Source of the DNA: Seison nebaliae | Taxonomy: Eukaryota | Assembly: GCA_023231475.1 (NCBI GenBank) | Contig: JALJEE010002349.1 | Location: 62,001 to 126,000 of the forward strand | Direction of reading: 5' to 3' | DNA length: 64,000 nucleotides | Part shown: piece by piece, positions 24,086-38,314 of the stretch | How positions within the stretch are numbered: position 1 is the stretch's first letter | Layout of the letters: the number at the start of each line of letters is the position of its first letter | Made by a program: the position numbers and the translations under genes | The notes under the pieces: generated by a model | The model's input: the letters and a program-made list of their open reading frames with translations, nothing else | What the model was told of the DNA's origin: nothing | Databases searched by the model: none

Positions 24086-25347
24086 GCTTACAAAATGTAG
24101 ATTGAGATGAATTATTCGAAAAAATGGAAAATGAAAAAATCAGATTCGATTATAAATATTATTTGAAAAACTGATCGATCTTTCCAATTTATAGTTGTTG
24201 TTCAATCGGCAAAATTAAATTGCAACTTCACAGAAATTAGTGTAAAATTCAAATAGAGTTTTTTTTTGTTTATTCGTAAATTCGATTTACAACGAGAATG
24301 AATATAAATGATTCACCAAATTCAATCCCAAATATAAAGAGTTGTTCGATATTTTTTGAAAATATTCTTTTGCCTTCTCCAAAAAAATAAGTTTTTTTTA
24401 AAGTTATTTCTCTACTTTCTTATCATCGATGACACTTCACATTTAACTGAATTGTTGGTGCCTGTTCCTATTGGAAGGAATAACAATTTGGAACATCTGA
24501 TCACATGGAGGGAAAGTGCAAGAAACTATTAATTTCTACCAATTCTCTTCGTCTGTTGTTAAAAAAAATTTAAGTTCTTTCACATCTACTAACCTTCAAG
24601 AAACAAGGAGCGGAGCATGATTAGTAATAATTAGCTTGTGAACAATATTTTATTGACAGCCTATTCAATGAGGTAAGTATTGAGTAATTTACCAATTCTC
24701 ATTAGGATAATAGTATAATAAATATTTAAAATGTTAAGCCATTAAAGCTTATAAATACAAAATTCCTTACAAAATAATTTCTCCTTTCTTCCATAGAATA
24801 TTTATGTAATCCTAGTAAGTTAAGCCTAAAATTTTTCGAAAAGTTTTTTAAACTAAATTTTTTAGAAATTCGAAAATTGAAATTTTAAAAACACTATCAT
24901 GTTCAGAATCGTTTGAAAGACCTATACGTTTATTTTCAGCCAAAAAAAATATTTTTTCTGTGCCGGTCAAACAGACTTTTACCCATTATTCAAATCAATA
25001 TAATAAAAACGATGTAGCTTTAATTGTATCTATTAAGATTCTAAATTAATAGAACAGTGGTCAATCATGTTCGATATTCAGAATAGTTCCTAGAACCGAA
25101 ACATCACAATATGTGCGATTACTTCCTCTTTTATAAAAGAACATAATTTATAGTAAATAAGAATTTTAGGACATCGAAAGAACGAATGTAGTAGAAGACT
25201 TTGGTGATAAATTGTTCAATGATGATTAATTGGCACGATTGGAAATGAATTGATGAATAATGAGATAACAAAATGAATAACTACGTTACTGATATAAGTT
25301 AAAGTTGCAGTAATAATTGAATGTTGAAAGAAGTTTTTTTTAAGAAA

Positions 25348-28300
25348 ATGGAAAATGAGGCAACTTTTCCTGGAGTTTGTGCTTTCTGCTTTCTCATCAA
25401 TATCGTTTAGTATGACGAGTATTCGTTCACAGATTTGGTTAAATTGGAAGAAGATGATGAAAAGAATAAAAATTTCACCAAATCAAATGTTGAACTTACT
25501 GTTAATAGTAATCCTAACGTTAAGAGAAAGGACAATTATCGGACTACGAAAGAGAGGAAAATTAATTCGAATGTTGGTTTACCTGAAGAGATTATAGATC
25601 TTCAATTATTGGCAGACAATGTTCCATTTTTTTATCTGACAAAATTATATTCTTTGAAATTATAGAATTATTTCCGATTGGATTATAACAACATTTCGTC
25701 TTATGCAACTATCAAATCTATTTCTCACACGATCAATGACGAAAGGAAAAAGTTATCAAGAGTTCAATATGACACAATATTTCAAAACGGGTTATTTCTT
25801 CTTTAGCGTAGTCTATAACACTTAAGAAGAACTTTTCGAGTTGACGTAGAAGATTCTACTGAAGGTTTCGTTTGGAAGTTGAACAAACGGTTCATTACAG
25901 GAATTCACAATATCAAAACCTCATTTTTGAACGTTTTATATTTGTAATAACTTTTCCATATTAAATTCTTTATTTTTCTTACAATGTTAGAATTTATCTA
26001 CGATCAAATACTTTTTTCGCAGTTTTGTCACTAATCGAATAATCGGTGATATATTCAGCTTACGGTCTTCTCTGTCAGGATTGAAGATATTCATATTGAA
26101 ATTTCTTGGTATTATTTTCTTCGAATATTATTCCGTTTCTATTTCATGTCATTCTATTTAGATTTATCCATTGGATTCCCTCATCTGAAGTATGAAGAAG
26201 AATATATTGTTGAAAAGATTTTAGAAAGTGAATTGATTTTTTTTACTTCTCTCCTTCACTTGAGAGTTCATCCTCATCAATTTTAATTGTGTTAATTTGA
26301 AAAAATATTTTTCAATTTTTTTAGGATCAAGATCGACCACTTATGGATAATTTGAAAAAGTTAATCGGATTATTGAAAAAAGCATTGATAAAAAGGAATC
26401 AAAAGATTGATTTGTATATGAATGTAGATTGTAGAGAATTAAGTTAATTTTATTATTTCTTCCAACTCTAATTATATATTTGGAAAATAAAAAAATATGA
26501 AGAAAATTCAAAGAAACATTTTCGGAATGAAGAAGCTCAAGAGCAATTGACAGAATATCTGAAGAATGTGAAAACAGAAAATGAAAAAATTTCCGACGAA
26601 ATTATAGAAACTTTATTAGATGAGAATATCATTGAAGGAAATATTTTGAATGCTCAAACCGTTTTTGAAATCGATGTAGAAGTTTTATTTTTTAAAAACA
26701 GTTCAAATTATTTTGTTAGATTTCCCGTATACTCTTCATTTTGGAACATCAGACACATCATCTGGTGTCGTATACGACGGCGGGAGGAGGAGAAGTGTTT
26801 GACAGTCGAATATTCGACAAGAGACTATTGAAAGAAGTTGAATGGATTTTAGATGATATTTTTGCTCTAACTTATGAAGAAGAAAAAATAGCAGTGGAGA
26901 AGATTTATTCAAAATATAAATTGTCATTAAGTACCGAAGAGATTGTTGGGAAATGGAATTTGTGGAATTATAAACGTATCGAACAAGCCATAATGGCTAA
27001 TGTGATAATTGATGAGATTTGTTGGAAATATTATCCAAATTCTTCTTCCAATTCATTCAAGAGAACTCTCATTCGGAATGTTGGTCTCTTCATTTTCATC
27101 AGTAGTTCTTTGGATAAGATTTTGTTTGACAAGAAATCTTTTGTCGAAGAAACAATTTGTCAAGAGAAAAAAACTCATAAGTTTCTTTCAAAATTTTCAA
27201 ATTGGAATGAAATGACTGAAGAATCGATCAGTTACAAATATGATAAGTCAAATCAATTTAAACTTCATTACGAAATATTGAATCGATTAAAAAATTTCCA
27301 TCAACTTCACAACGAACGAGATGGCGATGTTGACCATTTAATTTCTTCATTTATATTTGATTATATGGCGAATAATTTTCAATTTTGGAATGAAGAATTT
27401 CCACAACTCCATTCCAGATTGATGGAAAAAGACAATTTGAGAGTTCAACCTAAACGAATCTATCGATTTGATGCACCAATTCTCTTCCCAAAATTTTATC
27501 GATTAATTAGAACTTGTTATCTTCAGAAATTCGATTGTCATTTCAAAATTAGTTGCCAACCAATTGATCGTATAATGAAAGATAATTTAACTTTGTGTTC
27601 TGGAACGATGAGGGAAGGTAGTAAAGATATTTTGGAAGGACAAGTACTGACAGATATACCGTTGAAAAATGAGAGTTTTAACTATCGTTCATTTTCCGAG
27701 ATATCTTATGAATATGAAATTAGAAGGAAAGAAGAATTTGTGTGTTCAACTTCATCTTATTTTTGGAGATGGAAAAATTTTGGATTTCGATATTATTCAT
27801 GGACGAAAAGATTATTAGTATTATTCTTCTATACATTACTCGTATCGTCGAATTTTGGTTTGCGAACGGTTTTTCAAGTGAAACCGTTTTATGAGCAATA
27901 TCGAGTAAATTATATGACACATCGAATCGAATTGGATGACTGTTCTCTTCCCGTCGAAACTTTATGGTCATCAGTTATCACTTTCTGGCGCAATGAGATA
28001 ACTAAAATGAATTCATTTAAATTAAAATTCAGTTTTGATGGAATTCTATTCAAATATCTCATTTATTTCTCTTATTGGATATGGAACATTCTGATAAAAT
28101 GCTTCTTCGGAACGAATGTTCTGATCATAATTCATATTTCAAATGCATTCTTCTTATCAATTATATCAATTATATTGGGATTATTATCTCCTTTTATCGT
28201 CATCTTTCCACTCATCATTTATCATTCGTTTTGTTTCTTCGTTTATGATTTGGATCTTCCACTCTACAATTCTACTACGAATGATATTAATGGGAAATAT

Positions 28301-29473
28301 TTGAATAATTCAAAAATTTTACCTATCTTCAATCTCTTCTTTCATCAATTCCTTCTTCATTTCATATTTGAATTTATCATTTTATTCTTAATGATTGTCG
28401 TTGTCATACCAGTAATTTCCGTCATAATTATCATCTTTTTGGTTTTACGATTAATTTGTCGTTCCATATTAGATATCATCAATTATTTTATATGTATTCG
28501 AAAGAAGACATTAATTCCAACCAGTCAGAATACATTTTGTTTCAGTTTAATCGAAACGCCGAAAACTGGAAAGAATTATACAACGAAAGTGGAACCAGAA
28601 TTTCTTCAATTAATTTTTCTCGTTCAATTGGAATTGGAGGAATTAAATCGATTGGAACGATTAATTCTCATTTCAGCGACGAATGGAGAGAAATTGTTGA
28701 AAGAAATGTCACGAAATTTCATGAAATCAATTTTAGTCAAAGAAAAAATGGAATCTCTTCCTCACGGCGAACAGTTTTGTCGGGAGAAACTCCTGTCAGA
28801 ATTGAGAGAACGAAAAAAGAAAATTAATAATTTTATTCTTCTTCATTCCATGTTCTCCAAAGGACAAAACTATAAATTGTGCGAGAAAGATTTGGGGAAG
28901 TTTCGAGGAACGTGTCAATATTTCTTACAACAATTATATCATCATCATTTGGATTCATATTCTCCCCAAAATATTTGGATGATGACGAATATCGAAGAAG
29001 GATCATGGAATCAATTGACGAATTGGTTCATCCGAAAATTTTTCGATTCCACTTTACTTATTCCGTTAACGGAATATGAAATTGAGAAATGTCGAAATTT
29101 ACAGTTCGATTATGAAGCAGCGAAATTAATGTTTTGGGAATTGTGTCATTGGAGTAGCGAAGAAGAAATGGAACGATTTTGTGCTCAATGTGAATGTCAA
29201 AATTTTTTAAATTTTGAAAATTTCAAATTTAACGAAATTAAAAGTTGTGAATTATTTCCACGAAGGAAAAATGAGGGAAATGAATGGACTCGTCTCATCG
29301 GTGAGAAGAAAAGGATTCCGTCGAATTGCTGTTCGATCGATATCGACCATTTGCGACGGAAGAGAATTGATAACAAATTGATATATGTCGATCGATTACA
29401 AGCAGAAGAAATCATTCATCTGAATGTTTATTCCATATATCATCTTCTCCTCTACAAAATAGGACAGGAATAG
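25348..29473 (+). CDS. Large multi-pass membrane protein of unknown function; 5' small exons only partly resolved
   Basis: 910-aa terminal ORF with several hydrophobic helices; 38-nt intron 26682-26719 joins the upstream ORF 26547 in frame; start position is approximate. Confidence 0.6.
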
Positions 29474-30790
29474 AATTTCTTTTTTATAATTAATCTTTTT
29501 TCATCCGCCACTCATTCTCTGCCATCCATTCAATATTTCTATTCATTCTTTTTCGGGATTATCATCATCATCATCATCCAATCGTTATTATTATTATTGT
29601 TCTTCTTCTTCTTCTTATTATTGGAAATCATTCTATTTATTTAGTAAGTTTTATGATGGATTTATTTCGAAAACAAAATAGCCTTCAGTAAAACTTCCAT
29701 ATTGGGAAAAAAGGGAGAAAGATGAGACGAAATAGAGTTGAGGATTTTCATCATTATATTAAATGATCATAATGAAAAGAAAGAGAAAGTAATTAAAATG
29801 GTTTGACGGAAGATTATATCTATGAGAAATAAGAAATCGTTTGGACAATAAATTTTATTCACTTGTTGTTCTTGTTGAATCAATCGGAATCGTTATCACA
29901 TTCTCTTACTACCAATTTCACATTAACTTACTCGTCTCCGTATGATGTTGTGCATAAGACGAAGATTATTTCTTATTTCAAACTAGATAAATAAAATGTT
30001 GGAGTGGAGGAGATAATGGGAACAGATAAAATAATAAAACAACACTATTTTCACAGGAGGACAAAGGATATTGGAAAGCGAAACTATTAAGTAAATTAAG
30101 AAATCGTTCTTTGTGTCTGTTATCGGAGATTTAATGAAGGATATGAGCAATGCTCGGCAGGAAATAATGAAGAAAACAAAGTCCATTTTCTTTCCTTACC
30201 AAACAACGAATAATACGAAGGAGGAAATTCATATACGAACGCAATACTTATTGCATCATTATCCTTCATAATAATATTCTTCTTTTGTTCTCTTACAACT
30301 CTCTTGTTAGTTCGGACTCTGATTGACTAGCTGACTGAAGCAATCATCGATTCATTACCTATATATAAGACGAGTGGAATTCATCATAGAAAGTCAAATA
30401 TGAAGAGAAGTTGAATTAGTTTTAGGAAATATTCTTTTCTTTCTTTCATAAATCTAATTATGGAAAATTATCCGTTAGAACCATTGGAAGTAAGCTAATT
30501 AATTATTCTTTATCGAATTAGTCTATTATTTAATGAATGATTATTATCGTTCCTCGTTTAACATACAATTATCTTAACGATCACGTTCTGTTACGTGCAA
30601 CGTGGCAACATGTATGACGTTATAAATATTTATTCGTTCAAGTTTTAATTGAAATAAATGTTCATAAAAATAAAAAATATCTAGGTAGTTAGAAATGATT
30701 TGAGAAAAAAACCATAGTCCATTACAACATTTTTTCTCCTTTACTTCCCCTCAATAGATTTTGTTATCATCTCCTCATCATTCGACTGTC

Positions 30791-32029
30791 ATGTCATTAT
30801 ATCAATCATATATTTTCCTCATTTTTCTATTCGTTCTTGTCAAGTTCTTTCATTTATTCGATCTCCACAATTCAATTTTATTCCAGTTATGGAGTGGAAA
30901 GTAAATCATATGGTCAAGAGGTGATTGAATCGAAGGCGAATGATATTTGGGAACTACTTGGTCGTCGTACCAAAACTGGGGCAACCATTTTCGATTGTAT
31001 CGAATCTGGATTAAAGAATAAGAAATCCAAAGTAGGAATTTATGCACCAGATGCTGAATCATATAAATTATTTGACGATATCTTCAATCCCGTTATTGAG
31101 AGATATCACAAAATAAATTTATCAGAAATTAATTCCATTTCCGATTTTAAAGATTATCGTGATCTCCCAGTTTGTTCTTCCTCTTTTTTCATTACGATCA
31201 ATTTTCAAATTGTTTTTGAAGAAATTTAATGAATTCGAATCGAAATTAATTAAATCGATTCGTATTCGAGTAGGACGTAGTGTGGAAGGATATCCATTTG
31301 CTCGTCAAATGACTAGGAAGGACCGAATTGATTTGGAGGAGAAATTGAAAAAAGCATTCTCTGAATTCGATGGAGATCTCAAGGGTAACTATTATAGTTT
31401 GAGTGAAATGACCGAAGAATTCAAAAACGATCTCATCAAACGACATATACTATATGACGATGGAACTAATCAAGCTCTCGAATCCGCTGGCGGTTATCAC
31501 GATTGGCCTATCGGACGAGGTGTCTATGTGAGTCAAGATGAGAAATTTATCGTTTGGGTAAATGAAGAGGATCATCTCAGATTGATTTCATTAGAAAAAA
31601 CATCGTCCGTCCAATCTGTTTATTATCGTCTTTCGAGGGCACTTAAGACGATCGAGAAACATTTGAAATTTCAACAAGATCCCAAATTAGGATATCTCAC
31701 TTTCTGTCCAACCAACATTGGCACTTCAATGAGAGCTTCAGTTCATATCCAATTGAAAGAACTACCATATTCCATATCACATATCAAAGACCTTTATAAA
31801 CTTGATGTCCGAGGTTTAAATTTCTCCCTCTCTCTCTCTATTTTTTATTTTTATATTTTTATTATCAATTTTAGGAACATATGGAGAACATTCGAAAGTA
31901 CAAGATGCAACTTATGATCTCTCCAATTTGGAGAGAATCGGTAAGACAGAGTTCGATTTAGTTAACGAAACATTCACAGCGATCCGCTCTGTAATTGCTG
32001 ACATTTCGGCTGGGAAGAACGAACTATAA
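30791..32029 (+). CDS. Arginine-kinase-family phosphagen kinase 1, with signal peptide and C-terminal KNEL
   Basis: Introns at 30844-30886, 31170-31221 and 31814-31874; VGIYAPD, RIRVGRS, WVNEEDHLR, CPTNIGT and RGTYGEHS motifs; N-terminus MSLYQSYIFLIFLFVLVNYGVES; ends AGKNEL*. Confidence 0.88.
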
Positions 32030-32508
32030 TCATTTTCTTCCCTTCCTCTCCTCTTTACAAATTCACTAGGATGCATCTAGGATGAGTAAAGAATCAACAA
32101 AATTCATATTAGCAGCAAAATGCATCACTCATTTTTTTTTACTATCAATCTTATGGAATGGTAAGAAGATGGAAAATTTAAACGAAAAATAATTTTCTAC
32201 TAATTTTTTCCCTCGTTATTGTTGTTTGTTTTTTTCGTATATGTTGTATGTTTTTTTGAAAAGTCTGGCGATGTGAGAGAGTCGGAGGAAGAGGCATGAT
32301 GTTACTATAGAGAAATTGTTATATTCTTCAGAAACTGTTCGAATACCATACATGAATTTCTTTCCTAAATTCATTTATTCCATTTTTTCTCCTTTATATT
32401 TATACAAAAGTGAAAAAAAATTTTCTTTATTTCTCGTTCATTTCTCCTTCCCAGATTTTTCTTTCAACTTTATTTTAGATCAAATCTTTCTCGAATAAAC
32501 TCGAAGAT

Positions 32509-33534
32509 ATGGCACCAGGAAAGATATCGTTAGTACAAAAACACTTGGAGAAACCCGGATTGAACTGCTGGGAATTATTACAGAAAGAAACCAAATCATA
32601 TGGTTCTAATATTCGTGACTGTTGCATTTCAGCACTGAAACATCCAGATTCTGGTGTCGGTCTTTATGCACCAGATGTGGAATGTTATGATACATTCAAG
32701 GAGATTTTCTATCCAGTCATCTCCGATTATCACAAAGTTGATGCCAATACATTAGTTGCCAAGAATGATTTAGGAGATCCATCAAAATTGGTCGACTTAA
32801 ATGGGAAATTGGCGAATGGTGTCGTATCGACTCGAGTTCGAGTTGGTCGAAGTATTGAAGGATTTCCATTAGCACCGAAATTGACTCGTGAAAAACGATT
32901 GGAATTAGAAGGCCGAATTAAAGAAGCCGTCGCTGGTTTAGATGGTGAATTAGCTGGTGAATACAAAAGTTTGGTCGACATGTCTGAATCGGAAAAGAAA
33001 CAATTAATCGAAGATCATATTCTATTCGGTGATGATTCTGACCGATTCTTACGAGATGCCGGAGGTTACAATGACTGGCCAATTGGTCGTGGTCTTTTCA
33101 TGAATAAGGGCCGAAATTTCTTCATTTGGGTAAACGAAGAAGATCATGTTCGAATCATCTGTTTGGAGAAAGGTGCTTCATTGAAATCCGTTTACACTCG
33201 ACTTGTTCACGCCATTCGAATTATGGAGAAGAAAATCTCATTTTCAAAACATCCAAAATTCGGAAATCTCACTTTCTGCCCAACCAACATCGGTACATCA
33301 CTTCGAGCATCTGTTCATGCCAAATTCCCCAAATTGGCTGCCGCTGGCAAATTGAACGATATGTGTGCTAAATTGGACATGCAACCTCGTGGTATTCACG
33401 GAGAGCACACCGAATCAGTTGGCGGAGTGTACGATGTGTCGAATAAGATCCGAATTGGTCGCAGCGAATTCCAATTGGTGGACGGTATGTGGTCTGGTGT
33501 GAAGAGTCTATTAGAAGCTGAAGCTAAATTATAG
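32509..33534 (+). CDS. Arginine kinase 2, intronless CDS
   Basis: DSGVGLYAPD, DRFL, WVNEEDH, CPTNIGT and RGIHGEHTES motifs; ends EAEAKL*. Confidence 0.93.
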   Translation: MAPGKISLVQKHLEKPGLNCWELLQKETKSYGSNIRDCCISALKHPDSGVGLYAPDVECYDTFKEIFYPVISDYHKVDANTLVAKNDLGDPSKLVDLNGKLANGVVSTRVRVGRSIEGFPLAPKLTREKRLELEGRIKEAVAGLDGELAGEYKSLVDMSESEKKQLIEDHILFGDDSDRFLRDAGGYNDWPIGRGLFMNKGRNFFIWVNEEDHVRIICLEKGASLKSVYTRLVHAIRIMEKKISFSKHPKFGNLTFCPTNIGTSLRASVHAKFPKLAAAGKLNDMCAKLDMQPRGIHGEHTESVGGVYDVSNKIRIGRSEFQLVDGMWSGVKSLLEAEAKL

Positions 33535-34726
33535 GGAATGCGATCTTTCTCAACAATTAACTTGAATTATCATAAATTTATTGAGTAGAGAAATTGCGAA
33601 TAGAGATCTGATTTTCAACCATCATATGAGTAGACGAGTGTTTAACTAAAAAAGAATTTCAATTTATTTCATGAATTTAAATGAAGAAACTGAAGAGTTC
33701 ACTTAGATCATATCTGCTTCGTATTCCCTCTTTTTTCATCCTCAATTTATTCGTAGAAACTTTTGAAAGAAATTAAAGTTCTCATCTTTCTTCTAACAAA
33801 AATTATTTCTAACATTTTATTCAACTTTCAAATGAGAATTTCATTTAATATTATTCAAAATAATTTCTTTAACAATTTGAAAAGTAATAATCCAAAAATT
33901 ATCTATAATTATATAGTACTACTATTAGTAGTGAGCCAAAAGCGCTTCCGTTAAAATGAATTCTCTTATATAATACTTATTCTACTATAACTCAGCAGGA
34001 ATATCTTGATCCAAGAAGTATTCACAGGAATTTTCATGAATATTATATGAACTATACCGATGTACTCTATCACTTATATACTGTATAATATATTACTATA
34101 TACAGTGTATATACTTGAGTATCATATTGTATATCATAAAGCAACTTTGTAGTAATGGAATGAGATTTACTGTCCAATATTAAATGCTCCACAATGTTTT
34201 ATGTAAATTTTAGATGACATAACAAATCAAAAGAATTATTTTCAATTAAACATTAAAATAAAAGTATTTTTTATTTCAATTATATTGTTCGATGTGAATG
34301 AAATTCTACCATTAATTCTTCTATCGACATTAATTGTTATTATTATACTCAAAATTCTTTAATGTGATATAATAAATTTCTTGAATATTATACATATCGA
34401 TTACGTCTGTGGATATTCATCAATTTTATAAATTTTAAACTGAAAACAGGACACGGATAACTGTAAGAACTTTATGACTGCTAACAAAAAATGACTGCTT
34501 GTAAGATTTAAATAATTTAAATGTCATGTATGTCAGGTTTTTTTAAAAATAATTGAAAAAATTAATGTCTTGGATTTCAACGTGTTTTACTCGATAAGGA
34601 AAAAATAAAACTGTTTTCCGACATAAAATTTAATTGATTAAATTCATAAATTAAAAATTTGCTAGACTCTAAAATCATCTCTAAAATGAAATCCGTTGAA
34701 GGGATTACCAAAAAATTTCAAGTAAA

Positions 34727-35283
34727 TTATTCCCCACATGTAATGGTATATCCACATGTCATAGGTACTTCTGGACATGGGCAGATTTGGAGATTTGTAA
34801 TCATATAACATGCCATATTTGCCTTCAGCTTATTACCACTATTTGCTTTCAGTAAACGAAACAACCAATCATTACTTCCTTTTAATTTCTTCTCTGCAAT
34901 TATCGATTCGGCAGTTGTTCTTATTTGCTCCACTAAAAGATAAATTAATCGACTCAACGAATAATACAATAATAATAAAACCATCATAAACCATAACAGC
35001 TTTGATCGCATTGAACGTAGCAGAATCAGGAATATTATCGGTCACTTCGTTAACAACTTCGTTATTTTCATCTGTGAATCGAAATGAATCAAGATCATTT
35101 TTAGCGAAATTACAAGAATTAACCGATTACTGATAATTGATATTCGGAATACAAATCTCTAAATTTCTCGTTAATTCTGCTGCGGATTTTATCAACTGAA
35201 TCATTCTCTTCATAACTCAGAAAACCGATTGTCATGAGATTGTTTTCCGCATCATAAATTTTTAATTTTTTAACTATCACCAT
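34727..35283 (-). CDS. Orphan family member A (~151 aa; possible ubiquitin-like beta-grasp N-terminus, Cys-rich tail)
   Basis: Exons 35283-35124, 35071-34982 and 34932-34727 splice in frame; similar to the gene at 38767-39291. Confidence 0.7.
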
Positions 35284-35912
35284 TTTGTAATTGAAACGAG
35301 AAACAGTTTTCTATCCACTGAAAATTGGTGTAAAATAAATTTATGAGTAGTTGAACTTTTGATAATGGAGAAATATATGGGAAGTCGATTCTTTAAGGTC
35401 AAAAGGAAAGACATCATTATAATAAGGAATGTGTCACTGAATAATCGAAAAAATCTTTATTCGAGGTCATTTTATTCATTATAATTTAGCTTTGGTCGAT
35501 AAATGTTGGAACAGAAGTAATACAAATCGAAGGTCAGTTTAGCTCTTTTCCCACTTTAAATAATATTGGAAAAGAAACTTATTTTCTTCATTTTCAAACA
35601 CATTTTTAAAATTTGAGAAAAACATAATTTTCTTCAAGAGATATGTTGTTAGTGTAAATATGTTAAGTAACAATGAGTAAAATAGGAAAAATAATTAGAA
35701 GTTGATTAGAAAACTTTAAATTATTTACTAAATTATTATAGAATTAAATTATCTCCTAAAGAATTCGTAGGGAATAGTTAAAATAAGAAAATATTGAGAA
35801 AAAAATAAGGTCTAAATAAAAATTTCCATTTTATTCTAAAAGTAAAATAAATTAAATAAAAAATAATTTTAAATAAGAAGCTAAAGAGAATAAAAACGAA
35901 ATATTAATCGGA

Positions 35913-36875
35913 ATGGCTTTAGCACCGATTGCTGAAAAGAATCAAGATGCGACAATTTATGTTGGTGGTCTCGATGAGAAAGTGACTGAAGATATTTTAT
36001 GGGAATTATTCGTTCAAGCAGGACCAGTGGTCGATGTGAATATGCCGAAGGATCGTGTCACTCAAGAACATCAGGGATTTGGATTTATTGAATTCATGTC
36101 AGAAGAAGATGCCGATTATGCTATAAAGATAATGAATATGATAAAATTGTATGGAAAGCCCATCAGAGCATCGAATGCCACATCGAATCAGAAGAGTTTA
36201 GATATTGGGGCAAATTTGTTTATCGGTAATTTGGATGGTGAAGTTGATGAGAAATTATTATTCGATACATTCAGTTCATTTGGAGTAATTCTTCAAACAC
36301 CGAAAATTATGAGAGATACGAGTACAGGAAATCCGAAAGGATATGCCTTTATTTCATTCGGTTCATTTGAAGCAGCCGATAGTGCGTTAGAAGCGATGCA
36401 TGGGCAATTTTTGTGTAATCGTGCAATTACTGTGCAATATGCGTTTAAAAAAGACACGAAAGGACAACGACATGGATCGGCGGCAGAAAGATTATTAGCA
36501 AAAAATCATCCCACACCATATTCAATTCAAGCCAATACAAAATTTGCTGATCATCCACCAGAAGATGCACCGAAACAACCCAAACCTGCCCCGCCACCTC
36601 CCCAACCACCAACACAACCACAAATCATGCATCCACCACCACCAATCGCTATTAGACCCCCACCACCACCGCCTCCAAATCTTCCACCATTTCAACCAGG
36701 ATTTCCCATGCATCCCATGTCTGGAGTACCACCACAACCGAACGTTTTATCAAATCCAATTATGCCGATTCTACAACCGCCACCACCACAACATGTACCT
36801 TTCCCACCCAACTTTATTTTGCCGATGGGTGGAATGATGGGCGGAATGCCACCGCCACCTAATTCATTTCAATAA
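35913..36875 (+). CDS. SF3B4: Splicing factor 3B subunit 4 (SAP49), intronless
   Basis: [15 protein letters not shown]..., two RRM domains, [11 protein letters not shown] and a Pro-rich tail. Confidence 0.97.
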   Translation: MALAPIAEKNQDATIYVGGLDEKVTEDILWELFVQAGPVVDVNMPKDRVTQEHQGFGFIEFMSEEDADYAIKIMNMIKLYGKPIRASNATSNQKSLDIGANLFIGNLDGEVDEKLLFDTFSSFGVILQTPKIMRDTSTGNPKGYAFISFGSFEAADSALEAMHGQFLCNRAITVQYAFKKDTKGQRHGSAAERLLAKNHPTPYSIQANTKFADHPPEDAPKQPKPAPPPPQPPTQPQIMHPPPPIAIRPPPPPPPNLPPFQPGFPMHPMSGVPPQPNVLSNPIMPILQPPPPQHVPFPPNFILPMGGMMGGMPPPPNSFQ

Positions 36876-36896
36876 ATTTCTTTTGAAAATTTTATT

Positions 36897-38314
36897 TCAA
36901 TTTAAGCATAATTTGTAAAATTCAAATTTATTTCCATTCTCATTTTGAGTTTTGAACTTCCAATCTTTTTCCGCATTCTCTCGAACCATTTTCGGTAATC
37001 GCTCGAAACATTCCGTACAATGAGGCAAATAATTAAAATCGGAAATTTTCTCTCTGTCAATATCAATGGATCATTTCTGCGATTTGGTGAGATTTAAAAA
37101 AAAAACTTTTCGTTTAATTTCTTCCCACAAACATGACAAGTAAAATGATCGACACACCATTTTTTATTGAAGATCGAATATTCTGAAAAGAAAATAAGAA
37201 ATTCCATTAACATATTAAATATCTTAACCATTATCATAAATGATCTCATCACAACTAAAACAAATGTTTCCAAATTTCCGTTTGTAACATTGGAAGCAAT
37301 ATGGTTCATTCTCCATTTCGTGGAAAGATTTCCCATCGAAAATCTCATAACATAAATGACAATGGAAATGTTCGATGTGATAAGTTCGATTAAGTGCGTG
37401 TATAAATCGAGTGTTATATATCAATTTCTTACATTGATAACATCGATAAAATACCTTCCTCTCATAAGCACATTTTCCACAAAACATTTCTTTCAGTTTC
37501 ATTTTATCATTTCGAATAACTTCACATTTCTCCAATTGACAACTGGAAAGAATGAGAGAGAAATTATTAAAAGAAAATTTGTGAACTGACACGATTCACA
37601 TTTGTAATGACGTAAATGATTTGTAGTTCCGTTCGCCAGCAATACATAATCATCATCATTTTCAATATCTTTTTCACATGTTCTAAAAAATTGAATGAAA
37701 TTCAAAAGTTTCCAACAAAATCTCTAACGAACAATGTCTTTCTATTTTTTTTTCAGTAGTTTTATTTTGAAATTTCTTTTCTATTCTTTCATTCTTTCTG
37801 CAATCATTACAACAACCACTAAAACCGACAGATTGCAATAACAAAATAATAAAGTTTTTAAAAACAAACATTTTCATCTGAAGTAGATTATCGTTGATTA
37901 AAGTCTTCTTACATCCATCACATTCGATACATTTCTTGTGAAATTTCATCGAATCACATTCAACAAAATTCTCTTTTATAGTTTTATCTAGCAAATTAGC
38001 AAATAAAAGAAATTTTATATATAACTTTCTTAAAAACATAAAATACTCACTACATCTGAAACATTGAATGTTATTCAATCTCTCGTAATCTTCCTTACAA
38101 TATAACAAAGATTTGCTGTTAACTTGTTTCACGAAAAACTTCTCTCCAACGTTCAATTTTGTCAAACAATTTTCACAACTTTCAATTGAAGTTAAAATTA
38201 TTTATAGTTTTTGATTACTAACCGAAAACAGGATTCATGCCAAAGCAATTCCTTCCACTTAACCGCCTTATCATTAAAAGTTCTTCCACATCTTTCACAC
38301 GATTCTTCCGACAT
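36897..38314 (-). CDS. LIMS1: PINCH-like five-LIM-domain adaptor, multi-exon
   Basis: Five CxxC...HxxC/H..CxxC LIM units across short exons; LIM5 reads WCVDHFTCHVCGKKL...CTECFERLP, as in the PINCH C-terminus. Confidence 0.7.

Noticed and set aside
24850..25100. Possible transposon remnant in the intergenic region
   Set aside because: No terminal inverted repeats, target-site duplication, transposase motif or second copy seen
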